Shown here one piece after another: positions 1 through 11,480 of a stretch of 64,000 bases of DNA. Within the stretch, counting starts at the first letter, position 1. Every line of letters starts with the position of its first letter. The position numbers and the translations under genes were made by a program. Under the pieces are notes generated by a model, which was not told the origin of the DNA, ran no database searches, and was given only the letters and a program-made list of their open reading frames with translations. Location of the stretch: NCBI RefSeq assembly GCF_006345805.1, contig NW_021833060.1, forward strand, positions 1-64,000. Direction: 5' to 3'. Origin of the DNA: Octopus sinensis. Its lineage: Eukaryota.

Positions 1-102
1 GATATTTACACATCAAATTTGAGCACAATTGGATGGAGGATGCCCGAGATCCTAGAAGACACACACACAGACAGACAGACAGAACGGATTTTATATAATA
101 GA
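1..102 (-). mobile_element. 5' end of a non-autonomous Helitron-like element (continues left of the window)
   Basis: Minus strand reads A|TCTATTATATAAAATCC followed by (TCTG)n(TG)n, typical of Helitron 5' termini. Confidence 0.55.
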
Positions 103-205
103 TATAGGATGGGCTTCTTTCAGTTTCCGTCTACCACTCATAAGACTTCGGTCAGCCCGAGGCTATAGTAGAAGACACTAGCCCAAGGTGCCATATAAGA
201 TACAA

Positions 206-238
<33 letters not shown>

Positions 239-243
<5 letters not shown>

Positions 244-1854
244 GCGGCCAAAATGTTCAGAAAGGCATTGTTTTCGTCAGAAAAGTAGATATAAGTTTTT
301 ATTAAAGTTGTTTTATATTCTATAATTTTCACAGACAATAAATACGATATTAATTGGTATTGTCTGAGATTTTGGTGTAATTTGAGTGGATAATACAAAA
401 GTTATGGATGATATAGTGATTTACTGCAAAACCCATGGTGGCCAAAATTATCAGAACGGTTGAAAAAATAACAAAATTATCAAAAAGTGACAGAGAATGC
501 TGGAATTATTTCATATTTAGTGTGAAGCCCTTTAGCTTCAATCAAAGTTTGACATTTTTTACTGCATGGGGAAATTAAATTTTCAATTTCTTGCTGGGTG
601 ATCTTATTCCATTCTTCCTGAAGGGCATTCCATAATTGCTCGGTTGTTTTAGGATTTCTGGCTTTCAAACGTTCTCCTAGAATATTCCACATATTTTCAA
701 TAGGATTGAGGTCTGGGCTCTGAGCAGGCCAATCCATAACAATAACCTTTTCAGCCTTGAGGAACTTCATGACCACCTTAGCCATGTGACATGGGGCGTT
801 GTCCTGCATGAATATGGGTGGTCGCTTAGTTGAATTTCTCAGCACAGGCAAGACATGATCTTACAAGTTGTTTATAAACTCCTGCATTTACCTTTCCATG
901 TAATCGCAGCAAAGGGCCCACAACATCTCCAGATATCACCCCCCAAACCATGACACTTCTTCCACCGAATTTAACACTAGTCTTAAGGCATTTAGGCGAC
1001 AATTTTTCACCTGCTTTTCGACGAACGTACCTTTTCCCATCTGAGCCAAATAACATAGACTTAGATTCATCACTGAAATGCACCGTTTGCCATTTTTCTT
1101 GAGACCACAACACATGTTCGGTTGCAAAGGTAAGACGACACTTTTTATTCTTGGAGCTGATCAGTGGCTTCACTGCAGGTGCTCTTGCTTGTAGGTCATG
1201 TTCAACTAAAGGACGAGACACAGTTTTTCGAGATAAAGTTTTCTTCAGTACAATGCTCATTTCCCGAAAAACAGCAGCAGCAGTTTTAAATCTGTCCTTT
1301 TTAACCAACTTTACTTCTCTTTTGGTCATTTTTCTTAGCCTACCTGTAGACTTTCTTGCTTCACACGAACCACAATCATCGTAGACCTTAAGAATACCGT
1401 GAACAACACTTTTTGACTTGTTAACAATCTTTGCAATAGACCTAATACTTAAATTATCCTTCTTTCGACGCTTAATAATCTGCTGACGAATTGGTAACGG
1501 AGTAAGTGGCATTATATTAACAAAGTACACTGCAGATATTCTTACTAATGTTTAGTAAACGAACTGTCACGTAATCAAATTCAAAACATTAGAGTTCGAC
1601 GGTTAAATATACTAAAACATGGAGTAAAAGCAACCGTTCTGATCATTTTGGCCGCCGTGGGTTTTGCCGTAAATCACTAAATCATCCATAACTTTTTTAT
1701 TATCCTCTCAAATTACACCAAAATCTCAGACAATAACAAATAATATTGTATTTATTGTCTGTGAAAATTATAGAATATAAAACAACTTTAATAAAAACTT
1801 ATACCTACTTTTCTGACGAAAACAATGCCTTTCTGAACATTTTGGCCGCAACTG
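239..1854 (-). mobile_element. Tc1/mariner (DD34E) transposon, full length, with 224-bp IR/DR-type terminal inverted repeats
   Basis: TIRs at 239-462 and 1631-1854 (about 12 mismatches by eye), CAGTTG-type terminus, TA flanks, transposase inside. Confidence 0.95.
480..1512 (-). pseudogene. Tc1 transposase broken by a frameshift near 850
   Basis: HTH N-terminus, FSDE, QDNAPCH, WPAQSPDLNPIEN (34 residues between D2 and E), GLHTKY C-terminus; split over ORFs 826-1530 and 480-851. Confidence 0.93.
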
Positions 1855-2794
1855 TATATATAAGGTAAGCTAAGATTCCAAATGGAATTCTCAAGTACTA
1901 CCTAACAGTAAGTATAGGCATGAAATTTATTCGGTCAACACAACTATGACTAAAGTAACAAGAACATGATGTTAAAAGCAAAAGATTATTCCGGAATCTA
2001 AACAAAGATATTAGTCATTGTTTGTTCTACCTAATTGTTAATTTAATTGGGAAGGTAAAAGACAAGTTTAAGCAAGTCTCTGGTTTGAGTAGAATATTAG
2101 ACAATTTTATATCCTTTGCTTTTTCCCTAACTTGGAATAATTTGTAATATTCAACTTAGCAAAGCAGTTAAAGGTCGTATATCATAAACTCAGAAACAGA
2201 TTCTGTAATAAACTAAAAGAAACAAGATTACCACCTTTCAGTAAGTTTCCACTAGAATTTAATCTAACTGCTATAATCAAGACTAGTGAGTAGAGGGAAG
2301 TTCGTAGTCATTCTGTGTGTCATCATTGTAAATGCTTACATTCTTCAATGCAATATCTCAGTTAAGTATCAGACAGTTTATTCATATTCTATATCACATG
2401 CTGGAGCATCTGCCTTGAAAGGTTTAGTAAAACAAATCAACTCCAGAACTTTTTTTTAATTATTTTTAAAGTCTGGTACTTATCTTATTGGTCTTGTTTG
2501 CTGAACAGGGACATAAACAAACCAACCCCAGCTGTCAGGTAACGGTGGAGGAAAAACACAAACAACACATCTATCTATCTGTCAGTATATCTATCTATCT
2601 ATCATATATGATTATATATGATAGGCTTCTATACAGTTTCCATCTACGAAATTCGTATTTATTGGCCCAGAGTGGGTAATAGAAGACACTTGCCCAAGGT
2701 GATGGGCAGTAGGACTGAACCCAAAATCACATGGTTGCAAAACAAGCTTCTTAATCACACAGCCATGCCTGTATGCCTGTGCCTTGTCATTTCT

Positions 2795-3950
2795 TATCAA
2801 GTTGGGATGAGATATGAAGGTAGACAACATCTCGGCTAAGTTTTTTGATTCGTTTATCCTATGATGTTTTGCAATCACCTGCAAATCTAATAAGATGGAA
2901 CGTCTCAGAGAATGATATATGCAAATGCGGAAAGGTCGGAACACTGAAACATATTCTTTACAACTGTTCATTAACATTGAACAAGTATTCATGGAGACAC
3001 AACCTAGTCCTTAAGTTTATCTTCAATGCAATAAAGCACCAAATTGATCTCAACATCAGTGAAAAAAAAAACCGTCGAAAGTACCAACTAGAGATTTCAT
3101 TACCTTCTTGCGCTCAGGACAGCGGATCCGTTTCAGGAAGAACAACAAACTTCCTGTTTGCGATAAAAAATGAAGCAGCTATTTGTAGGTGACTGCAGAT
3201 TTACCAGGGTGCCAAGGACTCTTTCCCATCCTAGTTACGTAAAAACTGGACATTTCAATGTGGTGTGAAGGAAAGAAAGTTATGAATCTAGTCGAGTTAG
3301 CGGTTCCTCATGAAGATAACATGGACACCGCTCAGGTTCGAAAGATTGACCGTTATGTAAACCTTCTTGAGGAATGTGAAGACGCAGGCTGGATAGCGGA
3401 ACATTTTCCAATCGAAGTCGGACGTATAGGTTTGTTGGACACAGTGTGAGACGATTGTTGTTATTATTAGGCTGTGGATCGAATCCACTTCATGCATGCA
3501 AGATCCACTGCAAGGCCTAACTCATCGTAACGCAAATACCTATTTCTTTATTACCCACAAGGGGTTAAACACAGAGAGGACAAACAATGACAGACAAACG
3601 GATTGAGTCGATTATATCGACTCCAGTGCGTAAACTGGTAGTTAATTTATCGACCCCGAAAGGATGAAGGGCAAAGTCGATCTCGACGGAATTTGAACTC
3701 AGAACATAACGGCAGACGAAATACGGCTACGCATTTCGTCTGCTACCACCATGACCGATAGGCGAGCCACTGGATTTGGTTAAAAAGAGACGATGAGCGA
3801 TGACTAGAAGAATATTGGGCTTTATTTAATAACCAGTTGATCTAGTAAGCGGGGCCTCATGTCAGTAAGTGGGACCGGTACGCACTGATGCCGTCGAGAG
3901 ATAGGCCCTGAAACGGCACACATTCCCTCCTGATAACCCCATACACTTGC
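2795..3950 (+). mobile_element. Degraded 3' part of a HERO-like non-LTR retrotransposon with restriction-like endonuclease
   Basis: SFLIRLSYDVLQSPANL, CCHC knuckle CKC...HILYNC, WRHN, ELAVPHE..K..RY, PIEVG, and ASHWIWLKR after a SINE interruption; stops and frameshifts. Confidence 0.8.
3535..3742 (-). repeat. SINE (Meta-type core) inserted in the HERO-like element
   Basis: Reverse complement of the SINE at 7770-8183 (GCCCTTCATCCTTTCGGGGTCGATAAATTAA core). Confidence 0.8.
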
Positions 3951-5123
3951 CGGCTTCCGGTATGTGGAGTTCTCGACTGGTAGCACTTGGATGTGCAAGT
4001 TGTTTGCAAAACGTCTTTTCTTCCTTCAAGTTTGTTTTAAGTTCTTGCCGAGTGTCTTCCCGGCACCTACAGCAAATAAACTCATTGTGTACATTGATAA
4101 GTCATACACCAAATTGTTCAATCCTTACAATAATGACAGCTACGTAACGTCCATTTTGTTCCGTGTGTCCGAAGCCTTCAGTAATTAAAGGAAAAGAGGT
4201 GAATTAAATAGAGAGTGAAAGAAAGAAAGAGATATTGAGAAAGAGAGGAGAGAGGGGGAAAATAGACAGACAGAGAGACAAGCTGCTGGTGTTAAGGAAA
4301 ACAGAAGATAAATAGAGAAAGTGAAAGAAATAAAGGAATAGCTCTGTCCACGTATCTCTCTCTGCCTCATGCTGCCATGTGATCTTTGAATTCTTTTTCC
4401 TATCATACTCGCCGATACAAAACGTCTAAAATAGTTTTTACTTTAACGCTTCATGAAAACAGCGATTCAAAATGGTGTTTCCAAGAGTTGGTGTAATTCT
4501 TAATATTTACCGTTACATGTGGGTACCGTTTCAATAGCTCTGTCAACGTATTCGTTATACTTTTTGATGTCCTTTCATTCCTATTTGTGAGTCTCAGATA
4601 AAAACAGTGTGTGTGTGTGTCTGTGTGTGCGTGCAAGTATGTATGAGAATGTTTGTGAGAAAGTTTGGTCATTTTTATACCTCACGCTGTGTAAATAAGA
4701 AACCAATTTTGTCATCATAATACAATCGCCTTTCTCAATATTATGTTGTTGTTTTTCCATACTATTCTATTTAATTAATAAATATATAATTAATATTTGT
4801 CCATGGAAGAGGAACGGTCCAATTATAGAAGACCCGCAAAATGTTTGAGTCAGCAATTACGAAGATTGAGGCAAACTCAAGAACAGAAGGAAGAGCAACG
4901 TAAAAGGAATACAGAAAGATGGCGTCAGCTCCGTTTAGTGCAGTCACAGGAGCGAAGAAAGCAAATTTTAGAACAAGATGCTGCTCAGCATAGAAATGCA
5001 AGACATCAACTGTCACAAGAGCAACGTGAGCAGATTTGAGAACAAAATGCAGCAAAACACAGAAGACATCGGCAAATCAATAATAGGCTGACTCTTATTA
5101 TAGCTCGACAATATGATATAGAT

Positions 5124-5324
5124 CAGTGGTTTTCAACCAGGGTTCCGCCAGTACAGTCCAGGGGTTCCGCAAGAAGTTACAAAACTGCTAAAATCAGCAG
5201 TAATTTTTAATTCTCCTGTGCAGATATGTGTGCATAAAACTATTAAATTATTGCACAGGGGTTCCTCGAGCCAGTGGAATGTTTCCTTGAGGTTCCGCTT
5301 CAGCAAAAAGTTTGAAAACCATTG
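5124..5324. mobile_element. hAT-family MITE
   Basis: TIR CAGTGGTTTTCAA / TTGAAAACCATTG; perfect 8-bp TSD ATATAGAT (5116-5123 and 5325-5332). Confidence 0.9.
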
Positions 5325-6084
5325 ATATAGATGAACTTCTACAGGCTCCCATTGACGTTGCTCGCCATAGTTGTGGCTTCATTGAAGTACGTTGCCACCA
5401 CTTCAATGCTTTGATGTTCATTGGAGAGCGTACAGGAGGAACAATCAACAATCCCAGTTTTGGTATATGCTGTAAATCAGGAATGATAAAAATCGAAAAT
5501 ATCCCTGAGTTACCGAACGAACTTGCTGATCTCTTCCTTTCTAATACTTCTGAAGCAAAATATTTCAAATGTAATATTCGAACGTTCAACAGCGCAATGG
5601 CAATTTGTTCTATGAAAGTAAATGACACTTCAATACTGAGAGGGATTACAAATTACAGATTACGTGGAAATCTTTATAGATTTATTGGAGCTCATAGAAA
5701 CCATATAGGAACAGTCCTGTCTAGCTTACAAACGTATTTCTATGATCATGAAGAGCAAATAAGAAGACAAATGGAAAGAATGCATTTTAACAATGTAAAC
5801 CAAGCCTTCGATGTAAACATATTTCGAAAAATTCATTCTGCTATGATATCTGCTGGAAATACAATTTTTTCTATACGTGCAAGAGCAAATTGACGCTGGA
5901 AATATTCCTGCTGATATGTCAGTTGGCTTACATGTGGATAAAAAACCTCATGGGGAACACTCCAGGAGATATAATCTACCAACTTCTAATGAGCTTGCTA
6001 TTCTTATACCAAATAATCTTGATGAGGAAACGAATGGTCGTAACAAAATTCAGAGCAGAGAATAACCAAAAATCTTTACAAATA

Positions 6085-6480
6085 GCGTAGGAGTGGCTGT
6101 GTGGTAAGTAACTTGCTTACCAACTACATGGTTCCGGGTTCAGTCCCACTGCATGGCACCTTGGACAAGTGTCTTCTACTATAGACTCGAGCTGATCAAA
6201 GCCTTGTGAGTGGATTTAGTAGACGGAAACTGAAAGAAGCCCGTCGTATATATGTATATTTACTTATGTGTGTGTATATGTTTGTATGTCTGTGTTTGTC
6301 CTACCAACATCGCTTGAGAACCGATGCTGGTGTGATTACGCCCCGTAACTTGTGGCTCGGCAAAAGAGAACTTAGAATAAGTACTAGGCTTACAAAGAAT
6401 AAGTCCTGGTGTTGATTTGCTTGACTAAAGGTGGTGCTCCAGCATGGCCACAGACACATGACTGAAATAAGTAAAAGAGT
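6085..6480 (+). repeat. tRNA-derived CORE-type SINE (abundant family; other copies near 2400-2770, 17600-17895, 45430-45605, 50003-50230, 54770-54900)
   Basis: A-box-like TGGCTGTGTGG, B-box GGTTCAGTCCC, CORE-like ACCTTGGACAAGTG, tail GACTGAAATAAGTAAAAGA. Confidence 0.85.
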
Positions 6481-7769
6481 AAATATTAAGTGACTCGCAT
6501 CGATCATACAACACAATGATGTACCCGTGTTTTTTTTTCCTTCTGGCCAAGATGGGCAGCACCTTGGATAAATGAATGAAAATGGCAACTGTCAAATTTC
6601 AATAGTTTAATTTTATTGTTATCGCATCATGAAAAGAACAGGATCTACAAATATATTGCAATTAGGTCAGCATTTGTTTCAGCAATACTGTGTAGATCAA
6701 TCTTCCAAAGTACCATCCACCCGTCTACGATATGTTCGTAACAATCAAGCAACCTTAAGAGCTGATTTATTTAATGGCTTACAAGATGCTATGCTTACAG
6801 TGATACTGATCGTACAGGTTGTAAATGTATATTGCCAAGTTCATTTACAGGAAGTCCATGATATGTGGCAAAACACTACCAGGATGCAATGGCCATAGTT
6901 AGAAAGTTTGGCAAATCTACTTTATTTTTGACTTTTATATGCAACCCGAAATGACATGAAATAGTTAACGAGCTTTCTGTGAGCCAGACGGCGGTTGAAC
7001 GACCAGATATCACTACAAGAATATTTAAATTAAAACAACAGCAACTATTGCACGATATCAAATCACGATATTAGGAGTCCTTGGGAAATTTATTGCTCAT
7101 GTGAACACAGTGGAATTTCACCTCATTGCCATTTCTTATTCATATGGTAATAAATTGATAAAATTGTTACAGCTGAACTTCCTAATACTGAAAACCCATT
7201 AACGTCATATCTTTATTCTTTGGTGAAGAAGCACCTGATACATGGACCTTGCAGAAAAGAAATTTAAATTCTCCCTGCATGGTGAATGGTGTTTGCACTA
7301 AAAGATATCCAAGAGATTACAGATCACAAACTTTAATTGGAAATGATTCTTATCCACAATGTCGTCACTGAAACCCTCGAGATGGTGGCTTCACAACTTC
7401 AATGCGTATTGAAAATAGCGAAATTGTTGTTGATAACCGTTATGTAGTTCTTTATAATGCTTGGTTGTTGCAGAAGTATGAGGTGCATATTAATCTTGAA
7501 TGGTTTGTATCTATTAAGGCTGTGAAATATCTTACAAGTACATTTTCAAAGGTGATGACTATGCAACAGTTTTTTTACACAGACAAGAAGATGGCGTGCG
7601 TTTTAATGTTGGCAACGAAAATCAAATGGATGAAATTTCGAATTACGAAAATTACCGCTATATTGGAGCGGCAGAGGCTTATTGGAGATTATATGAGTTT
7701 CCAATTCAACAAAGGTAGCCTGCTGTTGAATGCTTGCCGTTACACTTGTCAGATAATTGTGTTCAATAT

Positions 7770-8183
7770 GGCGGCGAGCTGGCATCAGCGTTAGCACGCC
7801 GGGCGAGATGCTTAGCGGTATTTCGTCTGTCGTTACGTTCTGAGTTCAAATTCCACCGAGGTCGCTTTTGCCTTTCATCCTTTCGGGGTCGATAAATTAA
7901 GTACCAGTTACGCACTGGGGTCGATGTAATCGACTTAATACCTATGTCTGTCCTTGTTTGTCCCCTCTGTGTTTAGCCCCTTGTGGGTAATAAAGAAATA
8001 GGTATTTCGTCTGCCGCTACGTTCTGAGTTCAAATTCCGCTGAGGTCGACTTTGCCTTTCATCCTTTCGGGGTAGATTAAATAAGTACCAGTCAGGCACT
8101 GGGGTCGACATAATCAACTTAATCCGTTTGTCTGTCCTTGTTTGTCCCCTCTGTGTTTAGCCCCTTGTGGGCAGTAAAGAAAT
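7770..8183 (+). repeat. Dimeric tRNA-derived SINE with Meta-like core (family copies also near 15330-15800, 16890-17070, 19470-19670, 24585-24775, 29910-30125)
   Basis: B-box GAGTTCAAATTCC, core GCCTTTCATCCTTTCGGGGT present twice; 17-bp TSD AGATRATTGTGTTCAAT at 7751-7767 and 8184-8200. Confidence 0.88.
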
Positions 8184-8870
8184 AGATGATTGTGTTCAAT
8201 CCAAAACATGCACAAGAAGCTTTAGCAAAAAATAGATCGACCAAATTGACAGCATATTTCAAGGTGAATGAAAAAGATCCCCTTGCAAAAGATATTCTCT
8301 ATTGTGACTTCCCACAACATTATACTTGGTGTAACAATAATAAAAGTTGGAGGAGAAGAGTTAGACAAAGTGACGATATTCCAGAAGCTATTGGTAGAGT
8401 GTACTCAGTACATCCATCGCAAGGGGAGCTATTTTATCTTAGACTATTACTTCAACATAAAGCGGGAGCGACAAGCTTTGAAAATTTAATCACAATCAAC
8501 AGTGTTGTTTGCGAAAATTTTAAGCACGCATGTCAAATGATGAATCTATTAGAAAATGATCAAGAATGGGAACTTTGTCTAAATGAGGCAAGAACAATAT
8601 GTTCAGCGAATGATTTACGAAATTTGTTTGTCGGTATTCTTCAGTTTTGCTCTCCATCCAGACCACTAGAATTATACATGTTTCGCGAAGATCTTTGCCG
8701 AGGTTACTCCCATCAAATGAGACAACACAATTTTTCTAATGAAGCAGCTTTGGATATTGCCCTGAATGATATGCTGTGTGAATCGGATCATCGCATGGGT
8801 CAGCATAACCGTAGTACAATATTTTTTTGGATTGCCTGCTGCTATTCATGATCTCCGAATGAATAATGTT

Positions 8871-9766
8871 TGTTGTGTAGAATATATGTTCAGCATCAAG
8901 TATTGAAATGGATGCGTGTATATTAGAAGAATTCTTACAAAGAAGGAGAATAAATTTAAGAACTATATATTTACTACATAAAAATATTTTTTATTCATTG
9001 GTTGTTGATGAAATATAAACAAAATGTAGAATCTAGTTGAATGAAGTAATCTATGCAGGGAAGTTCAGAAATGTAGAAATAACAGCTAAGTGGTAGTTTT
9101 CAGTCATGTGATATAGAGAAATAGACAGGCATAGCAACGACGTGAATGGCTCAGAGTCTAGTCGACTAAGAAGCAAAGAGCAGGGCAAGCGGATCTTTTC
9201 GGTTTGAACGGCAGTTTTTTAAAATAATTTCCACGTAACTAAACACTTTTAAAATTCGTATACTGGTAGAATGTGTTTATAAAACATCTTTTTTTTCTTG
9301 GCTTTATTGAGAAAATTCTATAGTTTGTAAGATATTTGTTTTTTTTCTTCAATTTCTGCAATTTCAACCAATCAATGATGTCTATTGATGTGAAAACATT
9401 CTGTGCCGTATGAATATGTCCCTCGTTTAAGAAACAGACTGGGTTTATTTACATTTCTGAAGAAAAAAAGATACCCTTAATCCTAACCCTAAAACAGATT
9501 GAAATGCAATAGATCGATGATACTAGGGTCATCATTATGGGTGACAATTTCATATGACACCGCTAGAAAAACTGCCGTTCAAACCGAAAAGATCCGGGCA
9601 TTATTAATGGAACGCTAGACATTCTAGAAACTTCCAAGAGAAACGCGAAGCTTCTTGAGTAGTTAAGAATTACTTATGAAGCAGAATCTTCCGAGAAACT
9701 TATTGAAGGAGATTACTCTATAACACTGCTTGCAAGATAGATCATTCAACTATTTTAGCTACTACA
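8871..9766 (-). mobile_element. Probable solo LTR (Gypsy-type 4-bp TSD) inside the Helitron ORF
   Basis: TG...CA termini (TGTTGTGTAG...GCTACTACA), TSD TGTT at 8867-8870 and 9767-9770; removal restores the Helitron frame; strand inferred from AATAAA position. Confidence 0.7.
9191..9595. mobile_element. MITE with perfect 29-bp TIRs nested in the solo LTR
   Basis: GGATCTTTTCGGTTTGAACGGCAGTTTTT ... AAAAACTGCCGTTCAAACCGAAAAGATCC; superfamily unassigned. Confidence 0.88.
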
Positions 9767-11480
9767 TGTTCTACTTCATGAAGATGAGATGGATCCAAAT
9801 GCAGAAGTATTTTTCAATGCTAACATCCATATGTTAAAGAATGACCAAAGAATCATTTTTGAAAATATTCAACAGTAAATTGATAGAAATGAAGGTGGTT
9901 TGATATTTATTGATGCACCCGGGGGTACTGGCAAAACTTTTCTTCTTAATATATTACTGTCTTATGTGCGCAAAAACAACCAACTAGCTATTGCGGCACC
10001 ATCAAGCTAGGTCACACTGCTCATTCTCGATTCAAGCTCCCCATACTGGTAAACTGTAATTAAACATGCAAAATATCTTTTCTTGATGTCACTGACCGTT
10101 TGCTTCACGATGCACGCTTGATTGTTTGGGATGGGGCACCCATGTATCATCGTTATCTATTTGAAGAGTATATGCATATTAAAGATTTAAATGCATTAAC
10201 CACCGGAAGACTCACAAAAGAGACAGATGTTCATTGAAACTGATTGATGATTATAAGGAAATAACTAAAGTTATGACGTAACTATAGATACCACCCTTTG
10301 TTTCAGAAAAAAATGGTATATTATTTTAATGAATTTTCCTGGGAAACATTTTGATGGTATAGATTAAGTTATATTGGAATTTGTTGTGAAAAATTTCTTC
10401 ATGGTAAAAGAGAGGAGTTTTAGATAATTTGCACTACTTCAATTTGTTTCTTGATAACTTTCTGGAAAAAAGATTTCTTTTTTAATAAAATTTTCTACAA
10501 ATATGTTTTTGACAATGCAGATGTTTACAATTATGTCAGAATTTGATATGAAAACAGAAAAAAAACTGGGGTGGGGGTGAATAATTCCCACATCTCAACT
10601 TTGTTTCCTCATTCCGTTTTGATAAAGTGTGTGAATTATCTGCCTCCACATTACTTCCTCCTTCCACTTTTTTGCACATCAAATTCTGACATAGTCCTAA
10701 TCCACACCTACTGAAACATATTAGTTCAAAATTTTATTAAAATGTACATTTTTCAGAAAGTTATGAAGAAATAGAGTCGGTAGGAGTATACATATATAAT
10801 TATACCAACGTTATATATATTATTTGAATTGACTGTATATATGTGTGCATGCGTGTGTGTGTATGTGTGTGTGTGTGTGTGTGTATACATGGGTGTCTGT
10901 ATTATATCATTTTTATCGATAATGCAGTGAATCTATCAGGATAAAATTCTTGCTTTAGGAAGGTACCAATAAGTCATGAGGAGTTGCCTCCCTTGTTTCA
11001 AGTGCTCAAATTGTGTTCACTAATATGCATAATAATTAAATTTGAATACAATTATACCCTTAATAATTTTTTTAGAAATTCAAGTATAATTACAAACTTT
11101 TGTCAAGAAAGCAAGGAATTTAAATTAATTAAATATAAAATGCTGTGGGATAATGAGTCTGATTTTTTGGGGGTGTAAATTTGGATAAGTTTGTATCCCG
11201 TGGGGAGAAGACGATTATGGGGTCTCCCGAACATCCTTCAACTCAGAACGAAAAAAAAATTCCTTAAAACAGAAGAAATGTTTCTTTCACAAATGAAAGA
11301 ACCTAAAACCTTTTGATTCCTCTTCTTCAGCCACGTAAAATTGACATGAACTTTACTGAATAATTTTTCATGATAAAAACAATCCCCAGCTTCCTTAGAT
11401 TCCGTTTTTCGCATACTAGATAAGATGAATAAGATAGAAATTGAATGTATAGAAAGCAATTCTGCTGATAAGATTTGAAA

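Larger units (their letters stand above)
4797..10170 (+). mobile_element. Degraded autonomous Helitron (Rep/Helicase pseudogene) with several nested insertions
   Basis: R/Q/E-rich N-terminus, CCKSG Zn motif, IRTFNSA, LFQQYCVD, LRADL, ILPSSFTG, YQDAMAIVRKFGK, RPDI, IHGPC, DNRYVV.YN, FYLRLLL, Walker A DAPGGTGKT near 9912-9938. Confidence 0.92.

Noticed and set aside
4797-5039. R/Q/E-rich ORF as a separate host gene
   Set aside because: Colinear with, and typical of, the N-terminus of the Helitron Rep/Hel protein
6085-6160. tRNA-like A and B boxes
   Set aside because: SINE heads that continue into CORE or Meta sequence with no cloverleaf 3' stem; not tRNA genes
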